Shown here in pieces: positions 9,098-17,815 of a stretch of DNA of 32,000 nt (position 1 is its first letter; each line of letters starts with the position of its first letter). The position numbers and the translations under genes are program-made. The notes beneath the pieces are model-generated. The model did no database searches and was not told the origin of the DNA. It saw only the letters and a program-made list of their open reading frames with translations. This stretch comes from Nitrosococcus oceani ATCC 19707. Lineage in GTDB: Bacteria > Pseudomonadota > Gammaproteobacteria > Nitrosococcales > Nitrosococcaceae. The stretch is taken from the NCBI RefSeq assembly GCF_000012805.1, contig NC_007484.1:3360001-3392000 (forward strand), given 5' to 3'.

Positions 9098-9302
9098 ACC
9101 ATACGGTAACTTACATTATATATTTTATTGGAAAGCCAATCGTCTTGAAGACTCCCCCTTTTAGAACTAGCACGATGTTTGGTACCTGTTACGCAAGGTC
9201 ACCATGCCACCTATACCTTACTCTTTCCAAACCTACCTTTTGGATCTCGGCACCCCATAAGTATTTTTGAAATACCCGCCTTAGGAGGCTCTTTAAAAAA
9301 GG

Positions 9303-11570
9303 TTACATTACTTTTAAAATCACCATAGTGGCATCATCCCTAAAATTTTTGCTTTCGCAAAATCCTTGTAAATCTTTTACGATGACTTTGATAAGCTCCT
9401 GTGCTGCCAGATGACGATGTGTAACAAGTATTTTACTTAAACGGTGGATACCAAAAAACTCACCTTGTTTACTCTCTGCTTCTACGATGCCATCCGTATA
9501 GAGAAATACTAGATCTCCCTTTTTTAAAAAAGTTCTCTTCTCTTCAAAGCTAACTTCTTTTTTAACTCCAAAAATTAATCCATCCGCTTCTAACTTATTG
9601 CATACTGCCTCGTTACGGCGTAATAGCAAAGGGGGATTATGGCCTGCGCTTGCATAATTAATTTCTCCCGTCGCAATATGGTACTGCATATAAAACATGG
9701 TAATGAAATGATCAGCTCCATTTAAGTCCTCATAAAGTGAATCATTTAAAGCAGCAAGGGTATTAGCGGCGGTGAATTTTGATCGGATTTGTGTTTTCAG
9801 CGCGCTACGGGTTTCAACCATAAAGAGGGCTGGACCAACAGAATGCCCAGAGACATCGGCAATGGTCACATCCACGGTATTATCAGATTGGCGATAATAA
9901 TAATCAAAATAGTCTCCTCCTACCTGAGAGGCAGGGAGACAATGACCAACAACCTGGACTTCAGGCAGCACCAGAGATTCCGTAGGCAGTAAAGATTCTT
10001 GGATTTGCTGTGCGATCCTCAACTCGTTGCGTGTTACCGCAAGGCTTATTTGTGCCCGTCGGATCAATTCTTGGGCTTCAAGCCGTTTGGTGATATCTCG
10101 ATCAAGACCCCGCCACTTGACGATTTGGCCTCGTTCATCCAGAAGGGGTTCGCCGCTAGACTCCGTAAAAACTTCACGGCCATCTTTGTGGCGATAGCAA
10201 CAAACGATCCGAAAAAATCGCTTTCCACTCTGCGGACTTTTACAAGGTTTGCCCTCCTGAGCTTCTAGGGTAAAAAACTCACTGTAATGCTTGCCAAACA
10301 TTTCCTTGGGCTCATAGCCCAGTATTTCCTTAACTGCCCCACTACAATAGATGAAACGCCCGGAAGAATCCCGTTCCCATATCCACTCGCCGGTCATCTT
10401 AGCAACCTGACGAAATCTTTCTTCACTCTCTTGAAGGGCCTTTTCAATTTGTTTACGCTCGGAAATATCTTCCTCAATAGCAAGAAAGTGGGTAATTTCA
10501 CCTTGAGTGTTCTTAATAGGTGAAATTTGTTCCAATATCCAATAGATTTCCCCATTCTTTTTTTTGTCTTGTATCTCCCCTCGCCATTCTCTTCCAGAAA
10601 TAATAGTGCTCCATAATTGTTGGTATTCTTCCAGCGAAGTCTTTCCTGATTGCAGGATGCGTGGATTTCTCCCAATAATCTCTTCCCGGTGGTAACCAGT
10701 TAATTGAGTGAATTTAGCATTCACATACTGAATATTACCTGCGGTATCTGTAATAGTTACCGCCACGGGGCTTTGCTCTAGCGCTCGGGATAGCCACAGC
10801 AATTTTTCTTCTCTTTGTTTACGCCGGGTAATATCCCGAGCGATGGTTGCAGCCCCAGTGATAGAACCCTGGCTGTTTTTGATAGGAGAAATGGTAAGAG
10901 AAACGAACATTTCTCTGCCATCCTTCCGCATGCGCACCGTCTCAAACTGCTTAATGCGCTCGCCGCGCCGGATATGCTGGAGAATTTGGGGTATCTCATC
11001 AGCTCGATCAGGGGGCGCAAGAATAGAAATAGATTGGCCACAAATTTCCTCAGCGCTATAACCATATATTCGCTGGGCAGCGGAATTCCAGCTAATAACA
11101 ATGCCATCGAGAGTCTTGCTAATAATAGCGTCTTCGGATGATTCAACGATGGCCGCCAGCCTTTGAGCATCTATTTCACCCTGCTTGTGCGTAGTAAAGT
11201 CGCGAATAACGCCAGCAAAAAGCCGCTGCCCCCCGTGCTGAATCTCGGAAATCGATAGATGCGCAAGGAAAGTGTTGCCATCCTTACGCCGGCCCGTGAC
11301 CTCGCGTTCAGAACTAATGATCTTCTCATGATCTGTAAGGCATTTATCATAATCAGGTATGAGCTTGCGCATATCCTGGCCTATCATTTCTTGCTGCCGG
11401 TAACCAAAAAAATGTTCAGTAGCTGTATTCGTTAGAATAATGCGTCCTTCTTCATCAATAACAATGATCCCATCGGCGGCATTATTGAGCAGAGCCCAAA
11501 GCAGATCGCAATTCTGTTCCTCCTTCCTTTTGTTTACTGGCATCTCAGTATCTTCGCCGATTAACATCAA
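9303..11570 (-). CDS. Four-PAS sensor fused to a PP2C/SpoIIE serine phosphatase (RsbU/RsbP-type partner-switching input phosphatase)
   Basis: 755 aa with four tandem PAS/PAC units, starting about aa 22, 138, 262 and 388. The C-terminal SpoIIE domain has GGDYFDYY, ADVSGHSVGPALFM, LYTDGIVEA and FRDDATMVILKV. AGGAG lies upstream of the TTG 11570 / ATG 11567 starts. Confidence 0.9.
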   Translation of the reverse strand: MMLIGEDTEMPVNKRKEEQNCDLLWALLNNAADGIIVIDEEGRIILTNTATEHFFGYRQQEMIGQDMRKLIPDYDKCLTDHEKIISSEREVTGRRKDGNTFLAHLSISEIQHGGQRLFAGVIRDFTTHKQGEIDAQRLAAIVESSEDAIISKTLDGIVISWNSAAQRIYGYSAEEICGQSISILAPPDRADEIPQILQHIRRGERIKQFETVRMRKDGREMFVSLTISPIKNSQGSITGAATIARDITRRKQREEKLLWLSRALEQSPVAVTITDTAGNIQYVNAKFTQLTGYHREEIIGRNPRILQSGKTSLEEYQQLWSTIISGREWRGEIQDKKKNGEIYWILEQISPIKNTQGEITHFLAIEEDISERKQIEKALQESEERFRQVAKMTGEWIWERDSSGRFIYCSGAVKEILGYEPKEMFGKHYSEFFTLEAQEGKPCKSPQSGKRFFRIVCCYRHKDGREVFTESSGEPLLDERGQIVKWRGLDRDITKRLEAQELIRRAQISLAVTRNELRIAQQIQESLLPTESLVLPEVQVVGHCLPASQVGGDYFDYYYRQSDNTVDVTIADVSGHSVGPALFMVETRSALKTQIRSKFTAANTLAALNDSLYEDLNGADHFITMFYMQYHIATGEINYASAGHNPPLLLRRNEAVCNKLEADGLIFGVKKEVSFEEKRTFLKKGDLVFLYTDGIVEAESKQGEFFGIHRLSKILVTHRHLAAQELIKVIVKDLQGFCESKNFRDDATMVILKVM

Positions 11571-11907
11571 CTAAATCTCCTAACAATAAACGTTTATTTT
11601 TCAAGCTAAAGCAAATTCTCTCACCTTATACCAATAGAAAAATACTTTCTCACATAAATTTCAAATAGGCATTTATTATCCTTAAGTTCGGCGCTAAAGG
11701 ATCTTACATTAACCTTCATTGGAGTACTCCCCGACAGCCATGAACTTTACTAAAGAACTAGCAGTGCTGGAACGGGGGGATAAATTGGTCCCTTTGATAT
11801 TTAGAGTAAAAGAGCGAACACCATGGCGAAGCGCTTGACTACTAACGCTAACTCTGGCAATGATCCTACCTAATACTTAAGTGGGCTATACCGTTAAAAT
11901 AACGACC

Positions 11908-13104
11908 ATGGACAGCCATCAAAGAAGGAAATTTTTTCGCCTACTCGCGTATCTACTACTTGCTAGTATCCTCCTGTGGCTACTCCTACCCGAGCGTTTT
12001 GCCGTAAACGTCCCTATCCAGATATTTGGCGCAAACACGCCTTCCACCAGGGTCCTTCAGGATCGACTCCAGTTACCCAAGGGATTCACTATCAAGATCT
12101 ATGCCACCGATCTTCCAGGCGCCCGCATGTTGCAGTTTACTCCGGAGGGCGACCTTTTGGTTAGCCTATCAAATACCGGCGATATCGTACTACTGGAGCG
12201 CGATACTAATAGCGACTACCAACCCGAGGGTCGCCATATACTACTGACCCAGCTTAACCGGCCTCATGGAATCGATCTTCACCAAGGTTGGCTTTATGTT
12301 GCCGAAACGGATGCCATAGGCCGCATTCGCTTTGATGCGCTGACTCGCACTGTCCGTGGTAAATACCAACGCATTGCCCAACTCCCCAGCGGTAGCGGGC
12401 ACTGGACCCGCACCCTAGGCTTTGGTCCCGACGGCTGGCTCTATGTTTCAGTGGGTTCAAGCTGCAATGCTTGCAAAGAAGCAGATATCCGGCGGGCAGC
12501 GCTGCTTCGTTTCCCCCCCACCGGCGGCAAGGGTGAAATTTTTGCCTCTGGTCTGAGAAATACGGTTGATTTTGACTGGCATCCGAGCACAAATCAGCTC
12601 TACGGTACGGATAATGGCCGTGACTTCCTGGGGGATGACTTTCCCCCCGATGAACTAAATCTCATTGAACAAGGTGGATTTTATGGCTGGCCCTACGCCC
12701 ATGGGGATAACATTCCCGATCCTACCTTAGGGCCAGACCATCAAGAAGCTATTCAAAATAGCATTGCACCCGTCTACTACTTCGCCGCCCATACGGCCCC
12801 CCTCGGTATCACCTTCTTGCGCGGTAAACAGCTTCCATTCGCCTATCAGGAAGCGGCCTTGGTGGCGCTCCATGGCTCCTGGAATCGAACCGAGAAACAA
12901 GGCTACGAAATTGTCTCCTTACACTTTAATAAGGCAGGAGAGATCAGCGGCCGCAAGTTTGTTACCGGCTTTGAAATCAATGGAAATGTCATTGGGCGCC
13001 CAGTGGATGTAGCGGAAGGCCCTGATGGAGCCATCTATATTTCCGATGATTTTACGGGCAGTATTTATCGTGTGAGTTATTCATTGAATCCCCAATCCAA
13101 CTAA
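11908..13104 (+). CDS. PQQ-dependent sugar (glucose/sorbosone) dehydrogenase family protein, N-terminally membrane-anchored
   Basis: Beta-propeller sGDH/sorbosone-DH signatures: TRTLGFGPDGWLYVSVGSSCNAC, FASGLRNTVDFDWHP, NGRDFLGDDFPPDELN, GGFYGWPY, GPDGAIYISDD. N-terminal anchor FFRLLAYLLLASILLWLLLP. The start is uncertain (GTG 11881 or ATG 11908). Confidence 0.8.
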   Translation: MDSHQRRKFFRLLAYLLLASILLWLLLPERFAVNVPIQIFGANTPSTRVLQDRLQLPKGFTIKIYATDLPGARMLQFTPEGDLLVSLSNTGDIVLLERDTNSDYQPEGRHILLTQLNRPHGIDLHQGWLYVAETDAIGRIRFDALTRTVRGKYQRIAQLPSGSGHWTRTLGFGPDGWLYVSVGSSCNACKEADIRRAALLRFPPTGGKGEIFASGLRNTVDFDWHPSTNQLYGTDNGRDFLGDDFPPDELNLIEQGGFYGWPYAHGDNIPDPTLGPDHQEAIQNSIAPVYYFAAHTAPLGITFLRGKQLPFAYQEAALVALHGSWNRTEKQGYEIVSLHFNKAGEISGRKFVTGFEINGNVIGRPVDVAEGPDGAIYISDDFTGSIYRVSYSLNPQSN

Positions 13105-13372
13105 ACTGTACGCCGTTTCCTCCCATTCCATAAAGCAGGCAAATATAGAGAAAAAATCGAACTTTTTCATAACTTTGCCCTCATAATGGAGATATATTCT
13201 TACTTGATTTCGGCGGATTTTCAGCCAAACTTAGAGATAACCAAGAAAACTCTAAATATATGACCCGTGGATCATCCGCAGCCGTTTCGACCAAATCATC
13301 CCCTTTCCAGCCTCAAAAGCCTAACGGGATTTTTTCGGCTTACTGCTTCTGCTTCGGACGCAGGTACAGCAT

Positions 13373-13417
13373 AATATTAATAAATAGCTTGGAATAAAAG
13401 TTTGCGTTATTAATATT
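13373..13417. repeat. Perfect 11-bp AT-only inverted repeat 20 nt upstream of ino1 (candidate operator)
   Basis: AATATTAATAA (13373-13383) and TTATTAATATT (13407-13417) are separated by 23 nt. The region is AT-rich, so a chance match is not negligible. Confidence 0.25.
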
Positions 13418-13436
13418 TATAAGAGATTGATATCTA

Positions 13437-14600
13437 ATGAGAAAAATTAAGATTGCTATTATAGGCATGGGTAATTGCGCTAGTTCATTGTTGCAAGGGT
13501 TTTACTATTACACCGATAAAAAATCGGAGGACGCCATCGGATTGATGCATTGGTCAATCGGGGGTTATAAGCCATCAGATATCGAAGTGGCGGTGGCCTT
13601 TGATATTGACAAGCGCAAGGTGGGCAAAGATGTAGCTGAGGCCATTTTTTCCGAGCCCAATTGCACGGCTATCTTTTGCCCAGATATCCCCAAAACCGGC
13701 ACTAACGTCCAAATGGGAAAAATTCTAGATGGCTTCTCAGGCCACATGAAGGATTACGATCCCAAACATACCTTTATCCTTGCCGATGATCCTGAACCGA
13801 CTCAAGAAGAAGTCGTCCAAGCCTTACAGAAATCAGGAGCGGAGATCCTACTTAACTACTTACCGGTAGGCTCGGAGCAGGCAACCCAATTCTATGCGGA
13901 ATGCGCCCTGGAAGCAGGGATCGCGTTTATCAATAACATTCCTGTCTTTATTGCTAGCAATCCCGCCTGGGCCAGGCGCTTCAAAGAGAAAAACCTTCCT
14001 CTTATCGGGGACGATATTAAGGCCCAAGTAGGGGCTACTATTACCCACCGTGCCTTGACTGATCTCTTTAGAAAACGTGGGGTCAAATTAGAACGGACCT
14101 ATCAACTCAATACCGGCGGCAATACGGATTTTCTGAATATGTTAAACCGCCATCGATTAGCCTCTAAGAAAGAGTCTAAAACAGAAGCTATACAGGCCGT
14201 TACTGCTGAGCGCCTGGACCCGGACAATATCCATGTAGGCCCCAGTGATTACGTTCCCTGGCAAAAAGACAACAAACTCTGTTTCATCCGCATGGAAGGC
14301 AAACTGTTCGGGGATGTCCCCATGAATCTAGAACTTCGTCTTTCAGTGGAAGATTCCCCCAACTCAGCGGGCGTTGCCGTGGATGCCATCCGGTTTGTTA
14401 AACTTGCCTTGGAACGCGGCCAAGGCGGCGTATTGCATGCGCCTTCGGCTTACCTCTGCAAACACCCTCCACGACAATATACTGATGATGAGGCCTACCG
14501 CATGACCGAGGCATTTATCGAAAATAAGCTGGTAGACTCTCCTGAACCCCCTAACGTTTACCAGGAAGAAGGAAAATCGCCCGTAGCTTCCCGCAGATAG
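13437..14600 (+). CDS. ino1: myo-Inositol-1-phosphate synthase (bacterial/archaeal short type)
   Basis: 387 aa. N-terminal Rossmann KIAIIGMGNCASSLLQG, NYLPVGSE, NTGGNTDFLNM, and the lysine cluster ASKKESKTE, all typical of MIPS. Confidence 0.9.
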   Translation: MRKIKIAIIGMGNCASSLLQGFYYYTDKKSEDAIGLMHWSIGGYKPSDIEVAVAFDIDKRKVGKDVAEAIFSEPNCTAIFCPDIPKTGTNVQMGKILDGFSGHMKDYDPKHTFILADDPEPTQEEVVQALQKSGAEILLNYLPVGSEQATQFYAECALEAGIAFINNIPVFIASNPAWARRFKEKNLPLIGDDIKAQVGATITHRALTDLFRKRGVKLERTYQLNTGGNTDFLNMLNRHRLASKKESKTEAIQAVTAERLDPDNIHVGPSDYVPWQKDNKLCFIRMEGKLFGDVPMNLELRLSVEDSPNSAGVAVDAIRFVKLALERGQGGVLHAPSAYLCKHPPRQYTDDEAYRMTEAFIENKLVDSPEPPNVYQEEGKSPVASRR

Positions 14601-14753
14601 GAGGCTTCTTATATATTGAAATAAAAGCTTTGCTCACCTTGGCAAAAAAATAAAACAATTGGTTCTCCCTATGGGATGGGACAAAAAATCTTTGCTGCTC
14701 TTTCCTGCCGTTACTTGGGCAGTTTGAATATTTCTATTAGGGGGAATGAAATA

Positions 14754-15341
14754 ATGGAAAAAATCCGTGCTACTGCCCAGCAATATTTACATCAAATTTT
14801 GGCGCCGGTAGTACATCTCCTAGCCCGCTCCCGGCTTTCCCCCAATCAGGTGAGTATCGCCGGCTTTATCCTTGCCCTGATGGCGATGGGGATCTTGCTT
14901 GCAGACTATCCTCTTGCTGCCGGTGTAATATTTCTGCTAGGAAGCAGCTTTGATATTCTGGATGGTGCGTTAGCCCGGTTGGATAAAAAAACCACGCCTT
15001 TTGGCGCATTCCTTGACTCCACCTTGGACCGAATGGGCGAAGGCGCAATACTAATGGCCATTGCCTATCACTTAGTTTTGGAAGGGCAAGCAGTAGCGGT
15101 AGCTGGCGTGGTCCTAGCCTTGCTGGGCGGGATGCTTACCAGTTACATCCGGGCCCGTGCGGAAATTTTAGGCATCACCTGTACTATTGGCTGGGTAAGC
15201 CGCCCCGAGCGGGTCATTATAATAGGAGCTGGTTTAATCTTTGGCCTGCTCATGGAAGCCGTCTACCTCCTCGCCATACTTAGCTTATGGACGGCCGGCC
15301 AGCGATTCTTTCATGTTTCAACAATTCTCCGCCGCCAATAA
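14754..15341 (+). CDS. CDP-alcohol phosphatidyltransferase, small polytopic type (predicted phosphatidylinositol-phosphate synthase-like)
   Basis: Perfect D-x2-DG-x2-AR-x8-G-x3-D-x3-D motif (DILDGALARLDKKTTPFGAFLDSTLD, nt 14952-15029). About 5-6 hydrophobic helices. I prefer ATG 14754 (AGGGGGA about 8 nt upstream) to the track start 14676. Confidence 0.85.
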   Translation: MEKIRATAQQYLHQILAPVVHLLARSRLSPNQVSIAGFILALMAMGILLADYPLAAGVIFLLGSSFDILDGALARLDKKTTPFGAFLDSTLDRMGEGAILMAIAYHLVLEGQAVAVAGVVLALLGGMLTSYIRARAEILGITCTIGWVSRPERVIIIGAGLIFGLLMEAVYLLAILSLWTAGQRFFHVSTILRRQ

Positions 15342-15358
15342 CTCCTATAACCCCTAGC

Positions 15359-16849
15359 TTAAAAACTATTTCTCGCTTCAGCAAGCGCTTCCAGAATAAG
15401 TTCGAGCCCCTCGTTTAAGATAGCTTCATGGGTGCGCAGCTGCAAAATACAGATTCTCAGAAAATAGCGACCACCAACTTCAGTCCCGGTCAACATGATG
15501 CGGCGAGGCGCGTTAATGCGCCTCAAGAGCACTTGGTTCCGGCGATTTTCCTCTTCCCTATTGATCCCTTGGAAACGCTGCCGAAAAGCAAAAAGGGAAA
15601 GTTCAGGAGGTGCAGCCATCTCCACATCAGGCTCTCGGGAAAGCCGCTGCCAGGCTTGGACAGCCAAGCGACGCTTTTCTGCCAATGCATGCCGAAAAGC
15701 AGCCACGCCATGGAGCTTAAAAGGTAACCACAGGCGCAGTCCCCGCCATTCACGAGAGAGCTCTGGTGATAATTCGCAAAAGTCTAAATGCTCTTCGCTT
15801 TCCTGAAAGGCTGGCATATAAGCCGCCGAAGCGCTAAATGCCCGGCGTAGATTTGCCATATCCGGCATGAGTAGAGCTCCAGTCCCATAGGCTAAAAAGA
15901 GCCCTTTATGAGGGTCCATTGCCAAGGAATCCGCTCGCTCCATCCCTTTAAATAGGGATTGCAACTCCGGTACCATGCGAAAGGCAGCTCCATAAGCACC
16001 GTCAATATGAAACCAAAGCTCATGCTTTGCCGCTACCGCTGCAATCTTAGCCAGAGGATCTATTGCGCCCGTGTTGACCGTGCCGGCGGTGCCGCAAACA
16101 AAAAATGGCAATAATCCCTGCTCCCGATCTTGGCGCACAGTTTCTTCCAGCAGATCGGCCCGCAAGCGAAACCGTCCATCGACTTGAATTGGACGCAAAT
16201 TTCTCCCTGCGATACCCGCAACCCGAGCCGCCTTGGCTACCATATGATGCGCCTCGCTGGAATAGTAAACGGTGCCCTTAAGAAGATGCTCGCCCAGGTA
16301 TTCTTCTCTGGCAGCAACAAGAGCGATTAAGGTTGACATGGAGGCCCCTGAAGTCAAAAGTCCTAGCGACCCCCGGGGCAGGCCCATCAATTCCGCCAGC
16401 CACCGAAGCAACTGAGTTTCCATCTCAACCGCGGCAGGCGCGGCGGCCCAAACGCCTGTGTAGCGGTTGACCGTAGCGGCAATAAGCTCACCAAGAGCCG
16501 AGGAAAACAACCCACCTCCCGGAACATGAGCAAGATAGCCGGGGCTAGCCGGATTAAAGGCAAAAGGGATCACCTGTCCGAAGATAAAATCCAGCACTTC
16601 CCCCGGCGCACTTGGGGTCTCGGGTATTGATTCCCGCAGCCAAGATGCCTGAGGATCAAAGTAGTCAGCGGCCTGGGCAGGTTGCCGATCTATGGTTTCC
16701 ACAAAAGCGGCCAGCCGCCGACCCACTTCATCAAGAAGCTTTTGAAGCTGGGCTGGAGAAGGATCTAGAGCGGATAATCTCTCATCCAGTATGCTAGGAT
16801 TCATGGGTTTTTCATCATTAATCCGCTGATTATCGGTATTTTTTACCAA
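15359..16849 (-). CDS. Pyridoxal-phosphate-dependent amino-acid decarboxylase, group II (aromatic-amino-acid / diaminobutyrate decarboxylase-like); substrate not assignable
   Basis: 496 aa. PLP-lysine motif SLAMDPHKGLF, HIDGAYGAA, TSGASMSTLIAL. TTG 16849 has GAGGT 6 nt upstream; the alternative ATG 16804 has no SD. Confidence 0.85.
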   Translation of the reverse strand: MVKNTDNQRINDEKPMNPSILDERLSALDPSPAQLQKLLDEVGRRLAAFVETIDRQPAQAADYFDPQASWLRESIPETPSAPGEVLDFIFGQVIPFAFNPASPGYLAHVPGGGLFSSALGELIAATVNRYTGVWAAAPAAVEMETQLLRWLAELMGLPRGSLGLLTSGASMSTLIALVAAREEYLGEHLLKGTVYYSSEAHHMVAKAARVAGIAGRNLRPIQVDGRFRLRADLLEETVRQDREQGLLPFFVCGTAGTVNTGAIDPLAKIAAVAAKHELWFHIDGAYGAAFRMVPELQSLFKGMERADSLAMDPHKGLFLAYGTGALLMPDMANLRRAFSASAAYMPAFQESEEHLDFCELSPELSREWRGLRLWLPFKLHGVAAFRHALAEKRRLAVQAWQRLSREPDVEMAAPPELSLFAFRQRFQGINREEENRRNQVLLRRINAPRRIMLTGTEVGGRYFLRICILQLRTHEAILNEGLELILEALAEARNSF

Positions 16850-16873
16850 TAGGGCACCTCACCACAGGCTATA

Positions 16874-16916
16874 GAAAAACGCGCACGCCATTTTAAAGCG
16901 AGATTTGGCGCGTTTC
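16874..16916 (-). terminator. GC-rich hairpin followed by a U-run on the minus strand (candidate intrinsic terminator of the LOV-side gene cluster)
   Basis: The minus-strand RNA reads ...AAACGCGCCAAAUCUCGCUUUAAAAUGGCGUGCGCGUUUUUCUAU. AAACGCGC (16908-16915 on plus) pairs with GCGCGUUU (16877-16884). An alternative 7-bp CGCGCCA/UGGCGUG stem is possible, followed by U5. The loop is long, so this is moderate evidence only. Confidence 0.35.
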
Positions 16917-17081
16917 TAGCCAATAGATCCGCTCCCAGGTCGCTGGAGAGCGAAAGAGCAAATCCCACGCCCATATCGGATCACTCATCCAGCTACCATA
17001 CCCATATTCGCAGCTCTCCCGATCACGCCAACAAAGACGGTACCTTATTTGCAACTTGTTGCTTGGTTCCAACATTCCCAT
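16893..17081 (-). CDS. Doubtful small ORF, 62 aa, Trp-rich
   Basis: MGMLEPSNKLQIRYRLCWRDRESCEYGYGSWMSDPIWAWDLLFRSPATWERIYWLETRQISL has 6 Trp in 62 aa. GGAG is only 3 nt before the ATG. The stop codon sits in the loop of the hairpin at 16874-16916. It could equally be a non-coding 3' UTR. Confidence 0.2.
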   Translation of the reverse strand: MGMLEPSNKLQIRYRLCWRDRESCEYGYGSWMSDPIWAWDLLFRSPATWERIYWLETRQISL

Positions 17082-17153
17082 TTTCTCCGCTGTGGCTTCT
17101 TAAAAATGTCAAAATATCGTGTTTTTAACCTACCAGCAGAAGAAATGCAAAAC

Positions 17154-17807
17154 TTACACCACTCTAATATGACGAATCTTATGACTCTGAGGCATTCGAT
17201 AAAAACGCCGCAATTCATTAACCAAATATGAGTTTCTCGGAATAAAAGAGTACTTTTCTTCAAGGGAGCCACAATAGCGTGCTGCAAGACGATTGGCTTC
17301 TTGGTATCGCTGCTGTTGAATATCATCAAGCCCATCGCGAAAACGTATTTCTTCAAATAGCGTGCGCCGGAGTAATCGCATATCCACTATTCCCCGCTGA
17401 CGATATATCAACGCCGCAGTCAGCACAAACTTATCAATTTCAGCCTGAAGTTCAAGTTCTAACTGGGTAACTGTGCGCTCAAAACCCACATTCCAAGCAA
17501 GATAAAGAAAATGACTTACTCCTTCAAGAACAAACCAAAATTCCGCTAGATTACCATCATGGAGCAATTCACTTGGATTATCACTCACTAATCGGGTAAG
17601 CAATTCTTGATTCAGATATAAAGCAAGATCAAGATTATTCTTGCTTTGCCGAATCAAAAGCGCTTCCACTGATTGTCCCTTTCCAGCGGCCTCCTCTGTA
17701 AGCCTACGGACTAACGTTGGATCTGTAATCAGGAAGTCCTCTACCCGATAATAGGTGCGAACGTCGTAAATATACTCGAGCTGAGCCTGAAGGGCATTTA
17801 AATCCAT
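17154..17807 (-). CDS. Hypothetical protein, predicted all-helical, no recognisable motif
   Basis: Long open frame. ATG 17807 lies 8 nt after the upstream gene's TAG (17816). The alternative ATG 17858 would overlap that gene by 43 nt. No TM segment, signal peptide or P-loop. Distinctive stretch: AEFWFVLEGVSHFLYLAWNVGFERTVTQLELELQAEIDKF. Confidence 0.7.
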   Translation of the reverse strand: MDLNALQAQLEYIYDVRTYYRVEDFLITDPTLVRRLTEEAAGKGQSVEALLIRQSKNNLDLALYLNQELLTRLVSDNPSELLHDGNLAEFWFVLEGVSHFLYLAWNVGFERTVTQLELELQAEIDKFVLTAALIYRQRGIVDMRLLRRTLFEEIRFRDGLDDIQQQRYQEANRLAARYCGSLEEKYSFIPRNSYLVNELRRFYRMPQSHKIRHIRVV

Positions 17808-17815
17808 AATCAACT

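Noticed and set aside
10644-10673. Possible second LOV domain: the third PAS of the PP2C phosphatase reads GRNPRILQSG, resembling GxNCRFLQG
   Set aside because: The adduct-forming Cys is replaced by Pro (CCA). This is the common Cys-less PAS variant, so no LOV photochemistry can be inferred. It may still bind a flavin, but the sequence alone does not show that.
11740-11838. 32-aa ORF (MNFTKELAVLERGDKLVPLIFRVKERTPWRSA) in the divergent region between the phosphatase and dehydrogenase genes
   Set aside because: No SD at proper spacing, no recognisable family, and too short to support from sequence alone.
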